This document shows positions 14,429 through 25,146 of a stretch of DNA of 56,126 nt, in pieces; position 1 is the stretch's first letter; the number at the start of each line of letters is the position of its first letter. The notes under the pieces are model-generated. The model was not told where the DNA came from. It saw only the letters and a program-made list of their open reading frames with translations, and did no database searches. Source of the DNA: Rotaria socialis (Eukaryota); NCBI GenBank assembly GCA_905331295.1, contig CAJNYD010000551.1:124001-180126 (forward strand). Reading direction: 5' to 3'. Made by a program: the position numbers and the translations under genes.

Positions 14429-15520
14429 ATATAAAACGTATGCATTTGCATAAAAAAATTAATTCAATAAATTTATCATTAAAAGGATTGTAAAAATTCA
14501 TTTTTCAAAATAATAAATAAGGTCTCGAAATGAGAAAATAGCTGGCTGCAGTTTGTTGAACTAGAAAGTATTTCATCAGTGCTACAATATATTCAAGAGC
14601 ACTGATGTGGAGTACTTCATCGAACATACGTATAATTGTTAATTATGGTTTAATTGTGTGCTAAGGTTATTTCGTTGCAGAAATGTAAAATGGATCATCT
14701 CAAGGAATGATTTATGATTATTAGCTTTTATTTGAAAATGTGACTACCTTCGTAGTAATCTAATCAGTTGTTTGAATTCATGGACAATAATTTGAAATAG
14801 AATTGAGTTATTTTTATAGAAACAAGAAAAAGATTAGTTTGCATGATTGAATTAAATTTAATACTTCCCTGCTAAAATCAAACGAGTTCGCATGAACAAA
14901 GGCACAATTTAGAAAATAATTCTCGAATTATACTAATTTGAATGATCGATAGATCAGGATAATTCAATCGCGTATTTTAAAACTATGTTTCATCAAAATA
15001 GTTCACAGAAACTGTCAGGATTAGCTGCTTGATGAAGGAAATGTCCGATGGCAATCTAATTTCAGCTATGTAGAAACTCGACGACCATAGATAAAATCGT
15101 TATAGGCTAATATTTTTCTAAACAAAAATTATACAAAATATTTATTCGAAATCAAGCCATGTGCGATTTTGAACTTGTTTTGATGAATGCTTACTTGAAC
15201 GCACATGTTTACTCAAGCAATCAATTGTGACTAAACGTTCTTTTGATGAATGAATTTTGTTCGTTTTATTAACGCCAAAACAAATGGTCAATATAATGTA
15301 GATTTTATCGTTACTCATATACATTTTTTTGTTCGTCTGCGCTCACCCACAAGCATATCGCACAAAATGCACAGCATCTAAAAGATCAAATAGCATAGAA
15401 AAAATTATCTCTGTGCCAAACACGAAGTAAAGATTAAAGTAACACTATAAATAGATTATTGTCCAAAGTCCTCTCTATAACTTAGCATTGAAAAGCTTAT
15501 ACATTGATTTGTGAATAGTT

Positions 15521-17326
15521 TTAGGTTAATCGAAATAGCCATTTGTTCACCATATTATATCGACCTTCAAGTACAATCTTATAGAAGTCCGATGGATAGC
15601 TTTTGACATCAATCTCAGCTGTTTTCAAAGCGATATGCTCTGTTCCCATGAGCTGATAATCATCAGATTTTCCCTTCTGAAATGAATTAGTAGTTGAAAG
15701 CCATATTGTCACATTGCCTTCATCATCGAATGCTTGCCAACTAAACTTGATACGATCACCAGTTAATTGTGCTTCAAAGTTGGCTAATGAAATTTTTCCA
15801 ATCAATGAAATTCCGTCTAGTTCTCGAGCCGATTCTATTGGGACCGAGATACTAAGAAATTGTGCCATTGTTGGCAATAAGTCAACGATAGCAGGCTGAA
15901 AATTACGAAAATAATCATTTGTATTCTGTGTATTCATCACTATCCAGGTTGTACGTTCTCGGTCGGATTGTTCTCCATGTTCGCGACCTGTAGTCGGATC
16001 TCGGCCATGGTCAGTTGTAATAATTATCAGCCAGTCCTCATGAAAGTGGTTCTGTCGATACTCGATCGCTTCCCACATTCGACCAATTTGATTATCAAGA
16101 CTAATAACACTTTGATTGAATTGTTCACTATCTCCGAAATGATGTGCCACATCATCAGTATACTGTAAATAAGTCCATGATAGATCTGGTGCTGCTGTTC
16201 GGATACATGTGGCAGCTTCATTTGCCACACGTTCATCGATCCTATAAATATAGTAATCTGCTAGATCATGTGGATAAGCGTGTTGGTTTAATTCATATCC
16301 GTCAAATTTATAATCGAAAATAATTTGACCAGCCTGCGGTAGACCTTCACCCACAAGTTTGAGACGATTATCTAACCAAGTAGAAAAGATACCGATTTCC
16401 CTTTGTGGTTCTTGTTCTTTCAACAATCGGAAAATGTTTTTATAATGATAGTTAGGATTTTTGACATCATTATCGAACACATTATGTTTGTTACCCCATG
16501 TTCCAGTAATTAGATCCATGTAACCTGGAGCAGAAACGGTTGGTGTCTCTGAATAAGACCCCTTGATGCCTCCTACGTATGCTCTCTTATATGTTCCAAG
16601 GTCAGAGATCTTTCTAATATTCGGAGCCGAAGCAGCTTCAATAACATCGGCAGGAATACCATCTGCGATAATGAACAACACTTTCTTGGTCATCTGTTGA
16701 ATAGTGATATTTCCAGGACGGAATATATCTAAAGCAAAAGCCAATGACCCTTTATTCATAGATCGGTTGTTGTTCTCATTAAGAGAAGCTCAGTAAACAT
16801 TCTGTACTGGCAAAGTATTTACCTGTTGAACTTGTATTGTCTGATGTTGTGTCTTCTTTGTCTCGTGATCCTTGAATACTTGTCTTCCCTTTCGTATAGA
16901 CAATAACGATCATAGATATGAAAATGATAGCCATTACCAAGACACCCAACCAGACAAAAGTGCGCATACTGAATAACGTACTGGACCTCTTCTGAGGAAG
17001 AATTCCAGTGATGATTTTATTATTGTCTCCATGAGCATCTGAATTATTGTCGGCCGGATCACGGCTTACTACTAATAGAAGCTTGCTCTCTCTTCCAACA
17101 TGCGATCCAGTCGAAGGTGGGCCTACAATAAAGAGATTGTATTTATATCATTGACTCTTTGATTTTTGAATAAGAAGAGAACCCATCGAATACGAAAGAA
17201 ACAAATCGATCATTCGAATATGATACTCTCGTAAGGAATTTTATAGACAGCAATTTAATAATAAACACTGATCTTACCATCATTTTCGTGGCTCAGAAGT
17301 GCTGGATCTAACTCGCTATGCATCAT
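15521..17326 (-). CDS. Membrane-anchored alkaline-phosphatase-superfamily / nucleotide pyrophosphatase-like enzyme, bacterial-type catalytic domain, 3 exons
   Basis: Exons 17326-17278, 17122-16823 and 16728-15521 join in frame through two phase-1 GT-AG introns. TM helix FVWLGVLVMAIIFISMIVIVY. Catalytic and metal motifs FIIADGIPAD, TVSAPGY, YLQYTDDVAH and TTDHG. Confidence 0.88.
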
Positions 17327-19971
17327 GTTGAGTAGGAGAAACAAATATTAACAGTGATAAATTGCTAATCTACAAATAGAAACCAATAAACACGATGTTA
17401 GTACGATCAGTCAATTAGACTAGGCATAATTGAGTCAACATGAAAGTTTCTCGAGTAAACTAACGAATTTTGAAACAATGACCACCATTGGCATACACAC
17501 ATCAAGATCTTCGAAATTTAAAATATAGTCGCGAAAAGAAAAGCATGTTTCAAGTGAAGAAAAATACATTTTCATCTGCAACCTGATGGTCTTAATCCAG
17601 TCACCATAAAGAAGAGTTAAAACGTTGCTGCCCCATCGAATGACGAACATCCTGTAGATTTACTTGAATTATATTTAAAAAATTCCAATATCGTCGCAAT
17701 GAAAGCTTCAATCTGATCGTGGGCGTCAAGTAAAATAAAATAGCAAGAAAAATGCATGTGTATGCATTCTACAATCCAGAAACTCGATGATATTAAACTA
17801 ACGGCGTACGTCGCTCGAATAAAGTAGAAAATCACATGTGTTATATGTTATGCTTCACTTATTTTCCTTGAGTTTTGTTTTTCTCTGATTTTTTTGTCAC
17901 ACTGCGTTAATTTGATTTTCTTCTTCTCTCTCTCTCTGACTCTGAGTGGCGTGCTTACGGTGTGAAGAAAGAGCGTAAAAATAGATTTGCAAGGTCAATT
18001 ATTTTCATTATGTATTGCTAGAGTATATATAAAAACACTCTTTCAGTTTTATTCATCTTTGAACCTGACACAGGTCAAACAATAAGAAATCATCTTTTTT
18101 TTACATTCCAAAACCATATTCAAGTATGACTCTAAAGCATTTTTTTTCTAGTTCGATGTAGTCGTCTTATTTGTTCAGTCTATGGCATAGATTTATGTTT
18201 ATGTCCCATATTCGTTAACTCTTTTCTCTACATTTCAATTAATACTCTGATCTAGTATGTAATTTTAAGGTCTAGATGTGTACGAGTTACTTGAAATACG
18301 CTGCGCAAATATTTTAAGACAAAAATTATCCATCGAGCGAGAGCTCTGACGAATCAAGAGAAGCAATAAATCACATAGAATGACTATCCTATTGAGTTAA
18401 CGATTAAGATCTGATTCAATGCAAAATATTTTCAGAGTCGTTTGCGAACTAGGAATATCCTACAACTGTATCTGATTGAAACTGATAGGTTTCTCACGAT
18501 CTCACAATGCGTATTAGGCAAGGGTAAGCCAAAAGAAAAGACAAAGAAATCGTCCAAAGCCGCAAGATATTATCATAAAATAATATTGATGTTGTAAGCT
18601 GTGGAGGTCGCTCACACCAACACCTTTGTTAAAATACCAATGTTACTTTATCGATCAAGCACATGCGTATATACATTCTGTCGACATTTTCTCAATCAAA
18701 ATTTGTTAGTTGACATTCTCTTCATCGACATTTACTATTCTACATCGTTTTGTTTCATTGTTTAGTGCGCAATTATTGGGCCACCTTATCAACTCGCGAT
18801 TGCGAATCTACCGCAACTAGTTCTAATAGTCCTTCTTAATGAAAATATCAGATTTAAGAATGAAATTCATCTATAAAAAATCCGGTACTAGAACATGTAT
18901 CCATTTCTTCCGACTATAAATATTTGATTGGGCATGTCAGAAATCACGTTTTCAGTCACATATTATTTTTATATTAGTTGCTGATATGCAATTTGTTCTA
19001 AACATTGTATTGAAAAATAATTTGAATCCTTCTATTAAACTGCACTTCCTGAGTACGGTTGATGATAGGTTGAATATATTTCTCTTTTCTTCGCTTTTAA
19101 CCTTGAATTACCTGATTGGGGTTCGAATATATATGACCGTTCATTTGCATAAAATGAATTCAAGAATAGAGGAAAAAAAAGAAGGCTTACATTTACCTCG
19201 AGCAGAAATAAAAACTTCCGAGTGACAAATCGAAAGCATTTTTCTTCTACTGTTCTATCGTTGTTAAACACATAATTTGAATATTCCTTTTCGTCTTTGT
19301 ATCGTTCTTATACGGCATTTCTTTTTAAATTATCAAGTATAATTCGAATTCATTATTTATTCTGCTTGTCAAACGTCTATAGAAGTTCTATTCAATGGGG
19401 AACAAACTGATTTCTAATGCTAGAAATCGCAAGAAATCATAAGAGATCATTTTATATTACATTTTTCAACTTTTTCAAATTATTAGACATTAGAGATAAA
19501 TATACAATATTCTTTTATTCTTATTCAATTTCTATTAAATTTATCGCAAAATTAGTACTCGCTCGGCAGCCAGTTGCTAGAAGTCTTAATTGTAAAACAA
19601 CTGAAAGCTTCTTATATTCGTTATTTCACAAAGTAGTCATAAATTAGTACGAAAAATCTTATAGATGAATGAAACATGATTGAATAGTAACTACTACATC
19701 GTGTTCGTTCAACCTCGATATCTAGGACATGATGGGCCACGTCTCTTATTATGCGTTCTCTTTGTCATATAGCTGACCGAAGGACACGGTTTCTTTAAGA
19801 AATGTCGATGCTAAATAAAGCTACAACTGTTGTCAATAATAAAAGCCGTATCGATCCGGAGACTTTTTATCTTTGTAAGGTATACTTTGTAAAAGTATCA
19901 TTTTTACGTTTCTGGAGTATCCTCATGCACTCGTGAAAAAGTTTTTTTTCCATTACTGCTGTTCACAAATA

Positions 19972-20966
19972 GCGGGTGCGCAAGGATAAATGTCCCTCTC
20001 AATGTTTTAGCTATAACTTTTTTTCTTTGTGCCCTATAGAGCTGATTGTTTTTCCAAAAGATGCACCGTGAAATTCTCTGCAAAACAGTGATCAAATGCA
20101 TATCTGAAGAAAGTTAAGGGAAAAAATTATACGAAGATTATCCAACACATAAAAAGTACCCAAATTTTAAAGCTAACGAGTGTTTCATAATGCATGGTGG
20201 AGGTTTGTATCTTTTTTGTTCATCATCTATTAAGTTTATTTTAAAAGGATGGTATATGAGAAGATACAGCGTGAAAAGCTCTACGTGTTACATTAAAAAT
20301 CTTATTTAATATATGTACCCTTTGTTATCAAAATAAACGAAATTCTATGCGACTAATTTTCAAGACTACGAACAAGATCATTTTTTGATACACTACGAAT
20401 TCGTTTTTTTTGTTATTTCACCTTTTTATTACCTAATATGTTTTATTACAAGGAAAGAAAATATACCAAAAGATGCAGCGTGAAAAGGTCTACAATTTAC
20501 AAACAACAATTTATTTTATGTATATGCACGATTGTTATTTAAAATAAGCAACGTTCCGTGAGACCAATAAATGATCTTTTCGCAGCATCTAAAATTGGTC
20601 GGACAAAGTTTTTCTCACTTTGAAAGAAAGAGTGCATAAGGTTTTTAATGTAACATGTAGAGCTTTTCACGCTGCATCTTCTGATATACTGTCTTTTTAA
20701 AATAAACTTACTAGATGATGAAAAAAAGAAGTACAAACTCCGACTGTTGATGGAACACTTGCTAACTTTGAAAGTTGGGTACTTTTTATGTGTTGGATAA
20801 TCTTCGTTTAAGTTTTTCCCTTAACTTTCTTCAGGAACATGTTTGATTACTGTTTTGTAGAGAATTTCACGGCGCATCTTTTGGAAAAACAATCAGCTCT
20901 ATAGGGCACAAAGAAAGCAAGTTATAGCCAAAAAATTGAGAGGGACATTTATCCTGGCGCACCCGT
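19972..20966. mobile_element. Foldback / long-TIR non-autonomous Tc1-mariner-type element
   Basis: Inverted arms of about 400 bp (CGGGTGCGCAAGGATAAATGTCCCTCTC ... GAGAGGGACATTTATCCTGGCGCACCCG); TA at 19970-71 and 20967-68; no ORF. Confidence 0.85.
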
Positions 20967-20980
20967 TAGATTGAATAACA

Positions 20981-21783
20981 TGTGTTGAGCTCAAGCATTA
21001 TATGCTTTTGAAGGTTTGTCTGTTCATAAGAGACATATGAACCACTTTTGGAAGAGCCAAAAATCAGGTTTTAGTGGAAAGACCGCAAATCTATGTGAAA
21101 GATTCATTTAAATTGGACCTGTTCGACGTAGAATCGTTTGCTCTACCAGAATATGCATGAAGACCTACATATAAGAATGCTCATCGGTTGATAATGGTCA
21201 AATACCGCCCCCAATGGGCTCAATGCTATAAACAGTGAGCTTATGGTGCAACAGAAAACGAGAAGACAACAATGTGGTTTTCACTTACAATAGATAAATC
21301 GATGAGCTCTTTTCATACAGATCATATTTAGCAGTTTATCGGAGAGTTTAGTGATCGTTTAAACTAAACTCATTGTTGTCGATTATCTTTCATCGAGGCA
21401 TGTAAGAGTTGTTTGAGAAGTGGCAACGAAAGGCCCGTTAGAAAGAACTTGCCGAGTTATCAGCCTTGAGTGAAAATCATTTTGATTCACTCATGCAGTC
21501 ACGGGTTCTGTCAGTCCAAGGAATCACTGTTTACAGCATTGAACCCATTGGGGGCGGTATTTGACCATTATCAATCTAGGAGCATTCTTATATGTAGATC
21601 TTCATTCATATTCTTGTAGAGTAAATGATTCTGTGCCGGACAGGCTCAATTTTAGTGAACCATTCACATAGATTTGTGGTCTCTCCCAGTAGAAACTAAT
21701 TTTTGGCTCTTTCAAATGTGGTTCATATGTCTCGTACGAAGAGGCAAGCCTCTAGAAACATGCAATGTTTGTGATCAATACAT
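20981..21783. mobile_element. Second, unrelated foldback element, more diverged
   Basis: Arm ~20981-21238 is the reverse complement of ~21524-21783, e.g. GATAATGGTCAAATACCGCCCCCAATGGG vs CCCATTGGGGGCGGTATTTGACCATTATC. Confidence 0.8.
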
Positions 21784-22247
21784 CTTATTCTATCTATCTG
21801 TGAACATCAGAGATGAAAAGAACATTTCGCGAATGTCTGACGGGTACCCCAGAAATAAAATAATGATGCATTTACCAAGTATACCATACCAGTATGAAAA
21901 GCGCTCAACATCGATACGACTTTTATTGTCGACACCAAGTTTAACTTTATTTTGTATCAATGAGGAATTTTCATCAAACATCGTTATTCGGGAAAATGAT
22001 AGCTAAGCGTCGTTACATTAGGAGCACTGAATGTACATTTCTAATTGAATGCAGCCATATTTGATGTTAAGAAATAGACAAAGACTAAGATCGAGACTGG
22101 CCGAGAGTATTGGTACATCCCTAAGCGATGAGTATTTAGCATTCGATGTTGGCTTCAAGGTTATAAACAATGTTGGAACGTCTTCAAATTGTGCAGTACG
22201 AGTGGTTGACAACAGAAAGCAAGAGCTTTCTTAAACAAACTTTCAAG

Positions 22248-22418
22248 CACAGGCGGATCTACCATATCGACCATCCGGTCATCCCCTTACGAAACGTTTT
22301 TCGATTTTCGCAACAGAAATGAAACAGAAAAGAGGCGTAATGATTTAAATGGGATTCCAAAACTGTTTTTTTTGACTACGAGCGCCACCCCCTTACTAAT
22401 TTTCTGGACCCGCCACTG
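22248..22418. mobile_element. hAT-type MITE
   Basis: Imperfect TIRs CACAGGCGGATCT / GGACCCGCCACTG; perfect 8-bp TSD CTTTCAAG at 22240-22247 and 22419-22426. Confidence 0.8.
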
Positions 22419-23446
22419 CTTTCAAGTTACAGTTAGAAAGGAAAATAAATTTCTTCACAAACAGACTGCTTGCTTGCTTCTGGAGAAAGATGTGAGTTCA
22501 TTACACGCTGATCGGTTGTCACATGTTCAAGAACAACAATGGTTTTCGTTTTTCAACTATTTTTGTTTAAATAATAAAACGTCATATTTATCTATCATGT
22601 TGGAAAATTTCCTTGTGCGCTATATAAACTTTGGTAAATGCAAGTCGCATATTTGTAAATACATGCATATTCATAATTCTACTGACATTAATGCATAAAA
22701 AAGGCAACGCGAAACTATAGCAACAAAAAATAAGAATTTCCAGAGATACTAGAAATCACTGGAAATCAAGTAGTCAGTTTGTTCCCCCTTGGCTCTATTT
22801 GAATTCTTCAATTAGAATTCAGTATCTTCTTATTCTGAGTACAGTAGTCCTTATATAATTTTATTTTCAAAAGCCTCATTCATACCAGGACTCGCGACTC
22901 AGGCATACATGAACAATAATCGATGTCTAAGCCGTGTCTTGTCTTGGCTGCAACTAAATTTTAAACGTAATTATTACCATGGTATGATCAATTCAGATGG
23001 CGTCCAAAAATCATTCTACACTGTTGGTACAATCTTCTTCTTGTTATTATTACATTCTCACAAGAAGTAATCCCCTTCTTTAAACATTAACACTCACTTA
23101 AATAGGATAGATACGAGAAGAAGAATGGAATGATTGTAAACGTGATAGAATGAAACCGAGAGAAAAAGATAGAACATACTTATGGCAGGACAGATATCTC
23201 CTGACACGACACCTGTTTTTGATCTATGTTGATTTTTACGTAGTGTATTAATATCTGATCCATCTGTTTATTGAATAAAAGTATTCGATGAAAAAGTAAC
23301 TCTCCTAAAGCAGAGGGGGGGGGGGTAACGGGGAACCATTTAGAATTCGAATGATTAACTGTTAAACGTTTTTGTATCTTTATCAACATTATACTCAAGT
23401 TCGTGATAGGTAGTTTTTAATTCAATTCTTGGTATTTATTTACGAA

Positions 23447-24633
23447 ATGATTACATCGAAGATTACTTACATTAATTCGTGCAATTTAAAACCCGAACAA
23501 CAAGCAAGCGGTACAGAACGAAGGTCGAGATTCGAGATACTAATAATTAATGTTTTTTTCAATAGGAGAAAGAACTGATTGGGATATTATAAATTAAAGC
23601 GCTTCATTGTAAAGAAAACTTTGATTTATGCATTTGCACAACATTTTTATTTTGATCAATTGAATAATCTAATAGAGTAGTAAGCGATATATTATGAAAT
23701 AAAATAAATAGAATTCATGTTGAAATCTAGTGAAGAAATGTGAGCCACCATATTTATCTAATGCGCCATTGAAATCGAACGTTTCTAACTACTGTATTGA
23801 ACATGATGATTGGCGGCCGACTCAAGAACTATTACTAACACGTTTTGCACAAGTTGAACATTCTTCGGAAATGTTTCAAACGATCAATCAAGATTGTGAG
23901 TTTTATGAATAGTTGTTCATTTCATTTTTAAATCAAATCGTTCTGTTTCGATGGTTCATTCTATCATCGTCAATCTGCATCACCTTGTATGCCCGATACA
24001 CTCAAAGAAAAGATCTATCGAAGACACGAACGATTTATGAATTGGCTCGATGTACAATATTCTCGGTCTCAACGTCAACATGAATGTACGATAAATGCAT
24101 TTCCAAAATGCAGCGCACACGCGATTAAGTGAGTATCACTTAATTTTATTCAAATGTGCATCATATGTAAAGAAAAAGCTAATATTTAGAATTATGCATC
24201 GGAAAAATCTATCCGAATATGACGCCGATGAATTAGTATCTCATTTCATGTAGTTCAAGAAAACAAAATCTATTTATTTTTATCGATCCTTTAGATTGTT
24301 GACTTTCTTGTTAAGCAAATTCGACAACAATTAGAAAGTATAATCAATCCGAACGAAGTATATTGGAGTATTCATCGAATTAAACTTCTCTTCTTCTTTT
24401 TTTTGAAAATCTCATTATAGCATCATGATTTATTTGAATGGGCTAAAATTCTTGTAACTGAACTATTGAGTAAGGAGCCATCTCTATGTGCAGAAGAAAT
24501 TATTAATCGAGTCATCACAATCATGAATACTCCTATTTGCCTTGTTGATAATGGCTCAAATATTATCAATACAAATCGTTTACCATCCGGCATTGAAAAT
24601 TCACCAACAATACACCCACGCTCCCAGTTTTAA
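23447..24633 (+). pseudogene. 7-exon gene of unknown function with 5' lesions
   Basis: Exons 4-7 splice cleanly (DTLKEKIYRRHERFMNWL...IVDFLVKQIRQQL...HDLFEWAKILVTELL...SQF*). Lesions: frameshift near 23590, an exon 2/3 phase mismatch, and an acceptor reading CG instead of AG at 23949-50. Confidence 0.65.
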
Positions 24634-25146
24634 TATGATATTGCATCTGTGAAATATTATTAATCTGTTTTTCTGCTCAACTAATACCGTCGAATCGATT
24701 CATTTTATATTCATCAAAAGGCACAGTATGCTCGTGAATAGGACATCTCTTTTTAATAAGATCAATATGAAAGTTCGAAACAGTTTAATCCTGTGAGCAC
24801 CTCTCGTTCGCATCTATCTTCTTTCTGAGAATGAAAAATTTGCAATCCTTTTCACTATGCATTGGTTATGTTTTTTAAAACAATTAAATGTTATCCGAGG
24901 TTTTTGTTTGAAGCAAAAACATAACTTTTTATTGCTTTGCAGAAATAAAACGTCATCATTTTAGAAGAACGAAGTAAATGAAAGAAGAAAATTAACAGTT
25001 GAACAAAGAGAAAAAATGCAATAAACATAATGAGACAAAAGATAATTTCGATGTTGAAATCTTTTGTACTATCAACTGAAAATAAGAGGAAAGAAATGGA
25101 TAGGTTAATTTATAAGTTCACTTTTGCGCAGATATTGATAGATATA

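Noticed and set aside
15521..16759. Bacterial contamination or chimeric contig as the source of the phosphatase
   Set aside because: The domain is joined in frame to upstream exons by canonical spliceosomal introns and has host-like composition.
21790..22212. Short ORFs next to the foldback elements as a possible transposase
   Set aside because: No DDE, HTH or other recognisable motif in the frames examined.
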